Source of the DNA: Puniceicoccales bacterium
Lineage (GTDB): Bacteria; Verrucomicrobiota; Verrucomicrobiia; Opitutales; UBA953
Assembly (NCBI GenBank): GCA_031269335.1
Contig: JAISZI010000095.1
Span: 6,930-70,929 of the forward strand
Direction: 5' to 3'
DNA length: 64,000 bases
Below, piece by piece: positions 37,723-48,299 of this stretch. Position numbers and translations under genes: made by a program. Each line of letters starts with the position of its first letter. Positions within the stretch are counted from its first letter, which is position 1. The notes under the pieces were generated by a model. That model did no database searches. It saw only the letters and a list, made by a program, of their open reading frames with translations, and had not been told where the DNA came from.

Positions 37723-39303
37723 ATGGGGGTGACAAAGGTCAACATGTCCACTTCCAACGAGAAAAATCCGCCGACAGGAGTGTCCGTGCCCGCATGGGTG
37801 CTGGGTGTCGTGTCCGTCGTGGGCGTCTGTTGCGCGTTTTTCGGAGGATGGCACCTTGCAAAGCAAAGCGATAAGCCGCGTCCGCCCGTTTCCAGTCACG
37901 CAATAAAGGCCGCAGAGGGCGCCCCAGCTTTTCCCGTGTCAGAAGTGAAGGCCAATACCAAACCAGCAGGCGAAACCGCGCCCGCTCCTGCCCCTTCTCC
38001 ACCGCCAGTGACCGCGCCCGACAACGCCGGTCGCGTAGAAGTGGCTTCCGTTGCCAAGACGGCGCGGATGGACATCGCAACTCAGCCCAATGCAAGGGTT
38101 TCCATCGTTCGCGACGGGGCGGCGGAACGTGCCCTCGGCACCGCAGACGCGAACGGACGATTCGATGCTGCCGAAGCTGTCAAGGGGGAAACGGACGTAA
38201 GTTTAATTTTTGAACACATTGATTGCGAAAAGGTTAAACGCGATGGAGTCCGCCTCGTCCCGGGCAAGACAGTGCACGTGAATGCGCCCCTGCGCCTGCG
38301 TCCTGCCACTTTTACCATTATCACGAATCCCGCGAGGGCCGAGGTGCTGCTTGACGGCGTTTCGATTGGACGCGGCGTGGTTACGCTTGGCGACATTGCG
38401 CCACGCGTGCCGCACACTGTCGAAGTGCGTCTCTCAGGCGGTGAGCCGGCGCGGCGCGAGGTGGTGTTTGCACCAGGAGAGTCCGCATTGATGCGCGTCA
38501 ACATCACGCCGCCGCCCTCCAAGGTGGGCGACATCCTCTTTCTGGGTGCCATGCGCACCTTGGTGACAACCAAGGGCGTCACCATACGCGTAGATGGCAA
38601 GGTCGTCGCCGCGCCGGACGGGCTGGCGCGCGACATCGCGGTCGGGGCGCGGAAAATTGAGATTATCCGCGATTCCGCCGTTGTTTGGAGTCGCACGGTG
38701 AAAGTGGAGGCAGGCGTGGCAGCGAGTTTTGGCGATGTTGACGCGCCCCCGCCCCCGCTTACGGCGGCGGAGTTGAAGATGGCGCGCGTCGTTCTTTCGC
38801 TTCTTGACCGGAAGGGCGTTGGGGTTCCCGTTGCGAATGCAAAAGTTTCTTTTCGCGACAAGCCCCTTGTGGTGCTGAAAAACGGCACATGGCCGGTGCC
38901 GACAGGCATTGCCGGCACCTTGCGCGTGTCCGTGTCGGGATTTGCCCCCGAAGAACATCCGCTCAATTTCAGAGTTCCCGGCGAGTATTACGTCACCTGT
39001 ATCCTGCAACCAGCGCCCGAGCCTGCCATGAAAAAGTGGAACACCGCCATAAAAGCGGTTTCACGAGAAAACGGCGTAATCGTGCTGCGCGACATTCAAG
39101 GGCAGGTGCTGGACGCTGGTTTGCGCCTCGAACTCGTCCCGCCCGTTACCGCTGCTGCCGTCGGCGTGCTCCGGATCGCCGTCATCGAGGTCAAAGGTGG
39201 CAATGTCGTTTGCCAAATCCTGCCGGGTCAGGGAGGCATGGCACTGCCCATTGCGGGAGATGTTGTTACGGTGGTCGTAGCACGCCGCCAACCTGCAAAA
39301 TAA
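37723..39303 (+). CDS. membrane-anchored protein with PEGA-like beta-sandwich repeats
   Basis: It has an N-terminal TM helix (WVLGVVSVVGVCCAFFGGW) and a Pro/Ala linker. Repeated segments of the PEGA type follow (TNPARAEVLLDGVSIGRGVVTLGDIAPRVPHTVEVRLSG; TQPNARVSIVRDG). The start may be the ATG at 37744. Confidence 0.6.
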   Translation: MGVTKVNMSTSNEKNPPTGVSVPAWVLGVVSVVGVCCAFFGGWHLAKQSDKPRPPVSSHAIKAAEGAPAFPVSEVKANTKPAGETAPAPAPSPPPVTAPDNAGRVEVASVAKTARMDIATQPNARVSIVRDGAAERALGTADANGRFDAAEAVKGETDVSLIFEHIDCEKVKRDGVRLVPGKTVHVNAPLRLRPATFTIITNPARAEVLLDGVSIGRGVVTLGDIAPRVPHTVEVRLSGGEPARREVVFAPGESALMRVNITPPPSKVGDILFLGAMRTLVTTKGVTIRVDGKVVAAPDGLARDIAVGARKIEIIRDSAVVWSRTVKVEAGVAASFGDVDAPPPPLTAAELKMARVVLSLLDRKGVGVPVANAKVSFRDKPLVVLKNGTWPVPTGIAGTLRVSVSGFAPEEHPLNFRVPGEYYVTCILQPAPEPAMKKWNTAIKAVSRENGVIVLRDIQGQVLDAGLRLELVPPVTAAAVGVLRIAVIEVKGGNVVCQILPGQGGMALPIAGDVVTVVVARRQPAK

Positions 39304-39455
39304 TCCAATTGACACACACCGCCACTCCTGCCTTTCCTTTCCTTTAACCTTTTCCTTGCAACGTCCGCTTCTCGCCTGTTCGCCTTAAACCTTTTCCAAA
39401 AAATCGACCAAACTCTCTTTTCACCTTTTCCTCAGTCTCCCTCTTTTTTTTCTCC

Positions 39456-42400
39456 ATGCGCCTCTCAAAAACTTTGTTTCTCGCCGCCGCCGGCGTCCTG
39501 ACATTCCCAGCCGTCGCAACGGCGGAAATCATAAACGGGAACCGTTTTTATACCGATTCTCCCACTTCGTATCAGACCTACCTCGATGTCCCCGACGCGG
39601 TTATCCCCGTTTCTTATGGCGATGGTTTTGGATTTACGATATATGACGCACGGGGAAGTGGAGGGACGCTGCGCAACCTCTCCGGCTCTGCCCGTATCAT
39701 TGTGGACAAAGGCACGACCCTCATCCTCAACTCCGAATACTCATCCACTTTTAACGGAACTTTCTTCGGCGAAGGCAACCTCGTCAAAAATGGCACGGGT
39801 TCCCTCGAATACACCGGTTTCTCGACGGCATTTGGCGATGCCACTTCTTCTGTTGAAGTCACCTCTGTGTTCAGCCTAAACGGATGGTTTGCCGCAATGG
39901 ACGCCTCTGCCTCGCCTCACCCAGGCTTCGGGTATTTTCGCAATTCCACAAGCATAGCGACTTATTCCCTTTCCGAACTCGATCCGCGAAGCAACTATTG
40001 GAACGTCGAAAACTTAGGTGGCGATGAATACTATGTAAGCGGAAAAACTGATCAGGTGGGAACTTTGCTTATGCGAAATGAGGGGGCGCTTCCTCGTTCT
40101 ACCGTGGCACATGATTATTCCGTATTTCCACCCCGTTACCCAAACTTCAGTGACGGAGATGGCTACAGTGACCGGACTGTTGTGCGAGCCTTCACAGGAC
40201 CTGAATTTGGCATCACGCAGCTCGGAGATGAACCCTACGCCAAGATACTGACAAGAACTGGGCTTTACAGCATAGATTTTGTGCGCCCAACGGTGGTAGA
40301 GGGTCAAGTAATACCGCTCGAGCACGTTTATTATTCAAACATTCTCATTGAAGGGGGCGGATTGTTGGACGACTCATTAGCCTTCGGGGGTTTGTCCGGA
40401 ACGGTGACCATTAACGCGGGCGAACTGGACGTAAAGGGATACCTGACACACTGGCGCGAGTTTCCCTCCTCACCCTCAAGCTCGGGTTTGGCAACGAGTA
40501 TGTGGAACTATGACGCCGTGCAGACCGGAGCGGGAATAAACAAGATGGTGGGTGTCTCCAACATCGTGTTGAACGGAAGTGCTGTAATAACCTTTCGTAA
40601 TACTGAATTGAATATCACCGCCGTAGAACCGGACTGGATGAACGCAGTTGATACTGTCACTAATCCCGATCCCCATGCACCCAACGTAATCCGGTTGAAT
40701 TTTGTTCACAACTTGCAGACAGGACCAAAAACAGGCGAAATTATACGCACGGTTTGGGGAACAGAAAAACAACTGGTTTATTCAGTGGAAGACCCCGAAC
40801 AACCTGTCTATATAGGTAATTTCCCCGTTTATGAGGACGTCCCAGTTCTCGTCCAAAGCACGATCCCCGTCCACACTAACGACCAATACCAAACGGAGTT
40901 GGAAGTCGGTTTGAGCAGCGAGTTTCGCGTCGTAGCACACATAGACCAATACCACGAAGGTTCTATCGGTATCATTTCCGGCATAGGTCGTTTTTTTAAG
41001 ACAGGTCCAGGATATTTTTCTATCCTAAATAGAAGCACACTAAGCGGGCACATCTTCCTCGCGGGAGGACAAACTATACTCGACCCGAAGGTGCCCGACT
41101 CCACAGGATCGGAACTTCTGGCGTCTGTTTCCAGTGTCAATCTTGTCGGCTCAGACGGCACGCGCGGGACGCGCATCGCCCCGGAAATACGTCCACACAC
41201 CGAACCCAATGGCACGATATTAGACGCAGGCGATGTTCTCGAGTTTACCATGGGTTACGCCCCGCCGCAAGAAGTAGGCAGCACGATGGAGGCATGGGTT
41301 GATCCCGATACTTTACTCGAACGAACAATTCACACGGATAAATATGCGCAATTAGTAGTGCGAAACGACCAGACCATCCACAATTTACAGGTGCTTTTTG
41401 CTGAAAGTTCGGGACCTACTGATGCACTGCGAACAGTGGAATCCGCGATCTTGGCGGCACAACAGGCAAATCCCACCGAAATCTTTATTGCAGGGCAAGG
41501 GAAAGGCACAAACATTCAAATGGATACGCACACTTTGACTGTTGTCCAAGAAAAAGATGGTGTGTATCGCGGAAATTTGAATTTGCAGTGGAGTTCAGTA
41601 GCCCTTGATGACCAAGCAGGCGGGGTTCTACAAAACGTGAATATTACGCTTGCCGATGGAAACGATTTTTATGATTCCAATTATTTACGCCGTGACTTGA
41701 TCCTCGCTTCCCAAGCCATTCGCAGCGCTCAAGATTTGCTCGAACAAAAAAGGCTGAATTTTAACGAGGTGGGTTCTAATAGTGAGCGCTACGAGATACT
41801 TCTCCGTGAATTAGAAAAGTCGAAAGACGCCTTCGGTGTCCAGACCGAGGATTTGAATTCGTTGGACGCCACCAATGTCATGGATTGGGGAAAGGTAAAT
41901 TTGGAAGGGACAGACCCGGGTAAAATTGACAATGTGGTGAAATTAGTGCGCCACTTGCTCCTATTCTCCCGTGATGATTACGCATTGTTCGCACTCGGAA
42001 TAGAGACCTCGGCAGTTAAAGCATTTTACGATTATTTGTTGGATTCCAAAGACACCAATTCCGCGTTGGAAGTATGGCTCGGAAGAGAAATTGCTGCGGG
42101 CGAAGACAGGGCAATTCTTTGTGCGGCCGCCGTCGGGGATGTGTTCGGGGTAAAGAAAGGCTTGACAGACATCGAGGTCGCGAAAGAGATTCTCGCCGAC
42201 GGGGTTAAGTTGACAAATGCAAAAGTTGAGGCAGGAAACACCATCCGCTACAGCACAATTTTAGAAGCCGTAGAAGCAGGAGAAATACAGCGGGCAAAAC
42301 AACTTTTTGAGTCGGCAGGCACTTTTGAGAAAAAAGGTCCGGCGACATTGGCTCTGCTTGTAGATTCAGCAAAAATAGAAAATTTACTCATTACCGAGGG

Positions 42401-45400
42401 CGAAGTGCTCGCCAATGTGCAAGCATTAGGGACGGGTAATGCTGAAATCAGAGCAGGCGTGCTCAAAATCCTTCAAAATACCACCGGCACCCTCAACGCC
42501 AGCATTTCTGGCGGTGCAGACGGCTTTTTAGTGTTCACAACGCGGGGTTATGTGACAAATGACAGCGGACAAGCGATGCTTGTCGGTGGAGATAATTCGG
42601 GTTCAGCCTTCATAAGGCGCCGCCAGGATAAATTCTACGGAAATGTCATCATCGAAGAAGGTGTAACCGTTTATTTGTCGGCGCAAACAGATGAGGAAGG
42701 GAACGCTACGGTAGATTCTCTGAACGATTCTTTTTCAAACGTGAACTCCCTCGTTATCCGTGGTGGAGAAAGCCAGCGCGAGACGACGCTCTCCATGAAC
42801 GGCACCGACCAACGTATCCGTAATTTGTCCGGCGATAGCTACGGACGCATACGCCTCGGCTCCGGAATTTTGGTGATAGACCAGGAGATCAATCAATCAT
42901 ACGACGGAAAATTTTCCGGGCAAGGCAGCTTTGTAAAAGAAGGGGACGGCGTGTTCACCTTGGGCGGAGTGAGCGACTTTTATGGCGTCACCATCGCACG
43001 CGCCGGCGACCTTGTGTTGCGTGCACAGAACGCATTGGAGTTCACCTCGGCAGTGATAATTAAGGGGGGCGCAACGCTTATTACCAGCGACATGCCTCAA
43101 GTGGTTGGGGCGCTTTTCGGCGAGAAGGAAGCCGTGATTCGCATCGGTTCAGGCGGTCTCACCGTCGGAATAAGCGACTTGCGCTATGATACCTTGGTAA
43201 AAAATGACCAGAGCGGCTCTCAAGGTTTGCTCAATATGAATTATTTAGCGACATTGACGGGAGATTTGAAAACCCCCGGCGGTGTCAACGAAGCAATCCT
43301 CTACGCAAGCGACCAGTCCGCACGCGCCGAAGATGGAACGACGGTCGGCTTTTTATCTTCATCATTGGTTGGTCTGGAAAATGCCGAAACGATGTCTTAT
43401 TCCGGCGAGATCCAGGGCACGGGCGATTTAATAAAAATTGGTAAAGAACGACTCACGCTCGATGGCGTAAGCCCCGATTTTTCTGGGACAACAATTCTCC
43501 GCCAAGGCATTTTACGCATCAACGCAGACAGCATTAACGGTTCTGGTATAGAGATAAACACACCGGCGGGATCGGCGACAGAATACCTTGAGTTAAATGC
43601 CAGTGCCGGTCTGTCTCAAATGCGCGTTAGCGACATAGGAGGAAGCGGCGATTTGCATAAAGTAGGCAAAGGCGAGGCAACGATTCAGGGATACCTTGCT
43701 TATTCGGGAGATACCGTTGTGGACGAAGGGCGTCTCTTGGTTACAGATGTGGCGGGTCTCGGAACAAGCCGCGGTATTGTTGTCAAAAGCTCGGGTGTGA
43801 TTGTCTTTGACTCGTCAAGCAGCGAGACCTACAGCGGAAATATCACCGGCACCGGCGGTGTCGAAAAACGCGGTAGTGGAAAAGTAACACTGACAGGCTC
43901 CCTCTCCTACATGCATAATAATATCGCCCTCACGGACGGTAAAACTTTGCAATCTTTTCCAGAAGCGCTTCCACCTGGCACCACTTTTGAAAATGGAATA
44001 ATAAAATTCCCCGAAGGCACGACTCTTCGCTACGACGGCGTCATTCTCCTTCCTGACAAAAAGGAAGTTTTTATTCCGAAAAACTTGATAGACCTTGCCG
44101 AGCCGGAATTATCTCCAGGCGTCTATGCGGTGACCGCCCGCGCAGCGGGACTTTTGGTCAAAAAGAACGACGGTTCCCTCATCCCGCTTGCCGCCGATGT
44201 GACCGCCACTCCAGTCGGTTCCGAACTGCGTGAAAGCGGCGTCGTTGTCGAACCAAATGGCGAACGCCGAAATACACACGGCGGCGTCATAGTCCGTGGC
44301 GACGATTGGGAATCAGTCTGGGGCGAAGACGGCGAACTTTCTGCCGACGTGTTGTATTTCATTGATGACGAAGCATGGATCACAGAGAAAAAAGCACTGG
44401 CGGATGTTCCCAATAGCGAAAAAGTTTCCTCCGATAAAGTAGACAAAGATGGCAATGTCGATTGGCTTTCTTATGCAAAGGAAATAATTGTTATGGAAAG
44501 TGACGGAACGCTTTCTCTGCGGACAAGTGGCGCGACCTTCGTTGAAAATGGCGTGTTGGAAATAAACAATCTTCCCAAAACAGAAGCCGACGCGGATGGA
44601 ACTCCGGGCGAATTTGAAATAGGAGAAAAGGGGACGCTTACTTTCCGCGTGAGCGGCGCGGAGCAGACACTTTCCAGCGACCTGCGCGGCAAGGGCGTAT
44701 TTAATAAAACAGGCGACTTAAATTTACGGATTGTCCGCGCCCAAGACGAATTCGAGGGGCGTTTTTCGCTGGAAGAAGGAACCGTTTCTTTTGAGGCAAA
44801 AGATGTGCTAAAAAATGCCAGAGACGTGTATCTTGGCAATGGCACTACGCTTAATCTGGCAGGTGACGGAGTAGAGCACCAATTGTTTCATTACATCGTC
44901 GGCGAGGAAGGTTCTGTCATTAACGTCAACGGCGCTTCGTTGACATTGGACGTCGCAAAAAATGAAGGGGAGACACGTATTTATCGCGGTCTTCTCAGCG
45001 GCGGTGGATCATTGGAAAAAACCGGCGATGGAACGCTTATTTTGTGGCGTCCAACCAGCGGCGAAAACAACCAGCTGGACAATATCCGCGTCACGGAGGG
45101 TGTTTTACAGGTCGCGCCCGTCGCGCTGGGCGACGCAAGCGTCCATGTTGCAACGGGAACCGAGCTGCGTTTTTACACCACTGCGGACGATGATTTGCAA
45201 AATTATACCGGCGCGCTCACCGGAGGCGGTATTGTCGGGAAAACCGGTGCCGGAACAGTCTGGCTGTCGGGAGATAATCCACTCGGAGACGAGCGCGATA
45301 AAGTAGAGTTTCACATACACGAAGGCCGTCTTATCGTGGATGGTTCGCGTGTAGGCGACGAGGTTGTCCCCCATGTCCGAATTAAAGATAGCGCCACCTT

Positions 45401-48221
45401 CCAGTTGAACCTTTCTCTCGCAGCAGATGGCGCGTCGCGTTATCTCGAATTAGGAACGGGAATGGTGGAAGATTTCTCGCCGGGCGAACACGGAAATTTT
45501 GCCATCAGCGGTCCCGTCGGAACAATTCTTACTGTCAGCAGCACTCCATTGGGCTATTCCGGAAAAACAGAGCTAATCGGCGGATTGGAATTGCATTTTG
45601 ACGGCAACGCATTTCCCGACCATCACGCCGAGTTGTTAGGCGGTTTGTCCGGCATAAAAGTAACAAACGGGGACAGTGTAGAAGCTCCCATCGTTCACCT
45701 CGGCGGTGCCCTTGCCGTCGAATTTATACAAAATCTCGAAGGCGTTTTTGAAGGCGATTTTCTCGGCTATTCCTCCGGTCCCCAAAACTTTGAAAAAACA
45801 AATTATGGTGGCGGTAGCGGACTAATTATTAAAGGACCACAAAAACTCGTTTATCGTGGCTCCGACGGCAGAGGTATTCTGCCAGAAGGAAAGACTGCCG
45901 AATTCAACGGCTACGACCAGAGAGATGTCGATGGGCGCGGCGTAGGAAATGTGAAAATTGATGGCGGAAAATTCCAAGTCGGCGTGGAAAATCTCCACAC
46001 GATTGATATCGCAAACGACGGTGTTTTGTTTGTGGAAAATAACATCGATAGAGACGTTGTTTACACCGGAGTTATCACCAACAGCAATGGTTCCGCTTCT
46101 GTAAAGAGTATTTCCACAAGTGGGAATGCTGTGGTCTGGGACGGATCGGCTTTTTCTTATTTGGCTACGCAAGGTCGAAAATTAACTACTTTCGGCGTGG
46201 AAGAAGGGAGTCTCGCACGCTTGAGCGTAAACGGCGGTGATGATGTCCTGAAAGTTTTCCCCACAGAATCACTTTACACGAACGGCACTCTGGAAATTTC
46301 AGTCGCCACAGGAAATGGAAACAACGCTACGTTGGATTTCTCCATCACAGGCGCCGGAAACTTTCGTAAAACGGGTGTAGGCTCGCTTGCTATTAACGGA
46401 ACGCAACAATACGAAGGTGTGACCGAGGTGAACGGCGGCGCACTCAAAGGAAACTTTGCCGTAGAGGGAGACATCATTGTCAATGCCGGCGGCACGCTTG
46501 CTCCGGGTAATTCAATCGGAACGATCACCACAAAAAAAGACCTTCTTCTCCAAGGCGGTGTGCTCGAAATAGAAATTGATGCCGCAAATAACAACAACGA
46601 TCTTTTCAACGTCGGCGGAAAAGTTATATTAAACGGCGGAACAATCCGCGTGAAACCTGTAAGCATTGAAGGTGCCACCGGTGGCGGCATCTCCCGAGGC
46701 AGTAGATACACTATCGCCCAAAGCACGACCGCCGGTGCTTCCTTGACAGTAGAATCGCAAGATTGGCCGGAAGTCATAACTTTTGATTCACCTGAATCCA
46801 ACGAAAACTTTATTCTTCTCTCGCCGGGCATCGGTGCAGGCACCGCTTACGCTTCTGTTACCGGTAACGGGCTGACTCTCCTCGTCGGACAAAAAGAACT
46901 TGCCCGCGTGCCGGGCTACAATGCCCATAAAGGCTTGGATGGTTTTCACGCTGCACTCGATACCATCGCCACACTTCCGGTTCCACCCTTTACGGACGCC
47001 AACCTCGTCGATAATTTTGTCGCGTGGTATAATGACAACAAAAACGTCATAGAGACACTTCCTCTCTTTCCTGTCGAAGATGCTCGCGTCAGATTCGCCA
47101 ACGTTGTAAAACAATTGCCAGGCGGTCTGCCCGCTCGCTTGCCCGCCTCCGGCGTCAGCCCAGAGTTAAGACAAGTCTATAACTGGCTGATCGCCGCCTA
47201 CGAGATCGGTGCCTATTTGAACACCGTTTCCGACAGTGCCCTGCGCCCCGTCGTGAACAACCTTTCTCCGTTGGGTTATTCATCGCTCGTCTCAATGCCT
47301 GCCACCGTCGCCAGCAATAATGTTGACCAACTGCGCTCCCGCATTGAACAACGCCGCTATGACCGCTCCGCTTTCATAGCCGAGTATAAATGGCAGACCT
47401 ATTTCATCGGTACAAGCAGCATCTTCAAAAATGGCAGCGGTTCGGATTCGGTTACCCATGATTTTAATACACAAGGCGGTATTGTCGGCGTTGATGCACT
47501 TGCCTTTGAAGATGGCGTCCTCGGCGGCGCGGTTGAATATACCAACGGTTCCGCCACTTTGGACGACGGCGGCGGAAAAATAAAATTAAATGGCGTGCGT
47601 GCCACCGGTTACGCAAGCCGGATGTTGGGAAACTGGTTTTATGTCGATACCGGTTTGAGCGGCGGTTATATGAGCTATGAAGCCAAACGCAATACGGTGA
47701 CGGGTGTCAATGATGCCTCCCCGGAAGGCTGGCAGGCGGGCGCGTTCGCTGTCCTCGGTAGCGTAATTGCCACTAATGCCAAAGATATTTATTTTACGCC
47801 TTATATCGGCGCCGAATATAACCATTATCAAATCTATGGCTTTACAGAAAAGGGCAGTCATTCTCGATTGAAGGTAGATGATTTTGACTATGATTCCCTC
47901 CGCGCTAAAGTCGGCGGGAGCCTCTCGTGGGCTTCAGGGGGCTACGACTGGAATTGGAAAGTAAGCATTGATCTTTCTTTTGCCCATGAACTTCTTGAAA
48001 CCGAAAGTGATATTTCCTCCCGTTTCGCACTCGAACCCTACGGCCTCACAAAAAACACAATCCATTCAAAAACACTCTCCCGGAACGTGGTCAAGCTCGT
48101 TCCATCGGCAACACTTAACTTGACTGAACAAACATCGGTCTTCGCCAGTTACAGCTGGGAATATGGCTTCGAGGGTGAAACCCGCCACAACCTAAGCGTC
48201 GGCGTTCGTTTCCGCTTTTAG
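39456..48221 (+). CDS. giant autotransporter (2921 aa) with autotransporter-associated beta-strand repeats and a C-terminal beta-barrel
   Basis: The signal peptide is MRLSKTLFLAAAGVLTFPAVATA. Many G-x-[LF]-x-K-x-G-x-G-x-L-x-L-x-G repeats are present (GSFVKEGDGVFTLGG, GDLIKIGKERLTLDG, GGVEKRGSGKVTLTG, GNFRKTGVGSLAINGTQQYEGVTEVNGGAL). It also has the junction motif NSIGTITT and a terminal barrel ending ...SVGVRFRF. Confidence 0.9.
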   Translation: MRLSKTLFLAAAGVLTFPAVATAEIINGNRFYTDSPTSYQTYLDVPDAVIPVSYGDGFGFTIYDARGSGGTLRNLSGSARIIVDKGTTLILNSEYSSTFNGTFFGEGNLVKNGTGSLEYTGFSTAFGDATSSVEVTSVFSLNGWFAAMDASASPHPGFGYFRNSTSIATYSLSELDPRSNYWNVENLGGDEYYVSGKTDQVGTLLMRNEGALPRSTVAHDYSVFPPRYPNFSDGDGYSDRTVVRAFTGPEFGITQLGDEPYAKILTRTGLYSIDFVRPTVVEGQVIPLEHVYYSNILIEGGGLLDDSLAFGGLSGTVTINAGELDVKGYLTHWREFPSSPSSSGLATSMWNYDAVQTGAGINKMVGVSNIVLNGSAVITFRNTELNITAVEPDWMNAVDTVTNPDPHAPNVIRLNFVHNLQTGPKTGEIIRTVWGTEKQLVYSVEDPEQPVYIGNFPVYEDVPVLVQSTIPVHTNDQYQTELEVGLSSEFRVVAHIDQYHEGSIGIISGIGRFFKTGPGYFSILNRSTLSGHIFLAGGQTILDPKVPDSTGSELLASVSSVNLVGSDGTRGTRIAPEIRPHTEPNGTILDAGDVLEFTMGYAPPQEVGSTMEAWVDPDTLLERTIHTDKYAQLVVRNDQTIHNLQVLFAESSGPTDALRTVESAILAAQQANPTEIFIAGQGKGTNIQMDTHTLTVVQEKDGVYRGNLNLQWSSVALDDQAGGVLQNVNITLADGNDFYDSNYLRRDLILASQAIRSAQDLLEQKRLNFNEVGSNSERYEILLRELEKSKDAFGVQTEDLNSLDATNVMDWGKVNLEGTDPGKIDNVVKLVRHLLLFSRDDYALFALGIETSAVKAFYDYLLDSKDTNSALEVWLGREIAAGEDRAILCAAAVGDVFGVKKGLTDIEVAKEILADGVKLTNAKVEAGNTIRYSTILEAVEAGEIQRAKQLFESAGTFEKKGPATLALLVDSAKIENLLITEGEVLANVQALGTGNAEIRAGVLKILQNTTGTLNASISGGADGFLVFTTRGYVTNDSGQAMLVGGDNSGSAFIRRRQDKFYGNVIIEEGVTVYLSAQTDEEGNATVDSLNDSFSNVNSLVIRGGESQRETTLSMNGTDQRIRNLSGDSYGRIRLGSGILVIDQEINQSYDGKFSGQGSFVKEGDGVFTLGGVSDFYGVTIARAGDLVLRAQNALEFTSAVIIKGGATLITSDMPQVVGALFGEKEAVIRIGSGGLTVGISDLRYDTLVKNDQSGSQGLLNMNYLATLTGDLKTPGGVNEAILYASDQSARAEDGTTVGFLSSSLVGLENAETMSYSGEIQGTGDLIKIGKERLTLDGVSPDFSGTTILRQGILRINADSINGSGIEINTPAGSATEYLELNASAGLSQMRVSDIGGSGDLHKVGKGEATIQGYLAYSGDTVVDEGRLLVTDVAGLGTSRGIVVKSSGVIVFDSSSSETYSGNITGTGGVEKRGSGKVTLTGSLSYMHNNIALTDGKTLQSFPEALPPGTTFENGIIKFPEGTTLRYDGVILLPDKKEVFIPKNLIDLAEPELSPGVYAVTARAAGLLVKKNDGSLIPLAADVTATPVGSELRESGVVVEPNGERRNTHGGVIVRGDDWESVWGEDGELSADVLYFIDDEAWITEKKALADVPNSEKVSSDKVDKDGNVDWLSYAKEIIVMESDGTLSLRTSGATFVENGVLEINNLPKTEADADGTPGEFEIGEKGTLTFRVSGAEQTLSSDLRGKGVFNKTGDLNLRIVRAQDEFEGRFSLEEGTVSFEAKDVLKNARDVYLGNGTTLNLAGDGVEHQLFHYIVGEEGSVINVNGASLTLDVAKNEGETRIYRGLLSGGGSLEKTGDGTLILWRPTSGENNQLDNIRVTEGVLQVAPVALGDASVHVATGTELRFYTTADDDLQNYTGALTGGGIVGKTGAGTVWLSGDNPLGDERDKVEFHIHEGRLIVDGSRVGDEVVPHVRIKDSATFQLNLSLAADGASRYLELGTGMVEDFSPGEHGNFAISGPVGTILTVSSTPLGYSGKTELIGGLELHFDGNAFPDHHAELLGGLSGIKVTNGDSVEAPIVHLGGALAVEFIQNLEGVFEGDFLGYSSGPQNFEKTNYGGGSGLIIKGPQKLVYRGSDGRGILPEGKTAEFNGYDQRDVDGRGVGNVKIDGGKFQVGVENLHTIDIANDGVLFVENNIDRDVVYTGVITNSNGSASVKSISTSGNAVVWDGSAFSYLATQGRKLTTFGVEEGSLARLSVNGGDDVLKVFPTESLYTNGTLEISVATGNGNNATLDFSITGAGNFRKTGVGSLAINGTQQYEGVTEVNGGALKGNFAVEGDIIVNAGGTLAPGNSIGTITTKKDLLLQGGVLEIEIDAANNNNDLFNVGGKVILNGGTIRVKPVSIEGATGGGISRGSRYTIAQSTTAGASLTVESQDWPEVITFDSPESNENFILLSPGIGAGTAYASVTGNGLTLLVGQKELARVPGYNAHKGLDGFHAALDTIATLPVPPFTDANLVDNFVAWYNDNKNVIETLPLFPVEDARVRFANVVKQLPGGLPARLPASGVSPELRQVYNWLIAAYEIGAYLNTVSDSALRPVVNNLSPLGYSSLVSMPATVASNNVDQLRSRIEQRRYDRSAFIAEYKWQTYFIGTSSIFKNGSGSDSVTHDFNTQGGIVGVDALAFEDGVLGGAVEYTNGSATLDDGGGKIKLNGVRATGYASRMLGNWFYVDTGLSGGYMSYEAKRNTVTGVNDASPEGWQAGAFAVLGSVIATNAKDIYFTPYIGAEYNHYQIYGFTEKGSHSRLKVDDFDYDSLRAKVGGSLSWASGGYDWNWKVSIDLSFAHELLETESDISSRFALEPYGLTKNTIHSKTLSRNVVKLVPSATLNLTEQTSVFASYSWEYGFEGETRHNLSVGVRFRF

Positions 48222-48299
48222 TCCGCTATCACTGTTACCAAAACGACAACCACAGACTTTTACACCAAACACACAACAACCACAATTCCCCTCTCCTCT

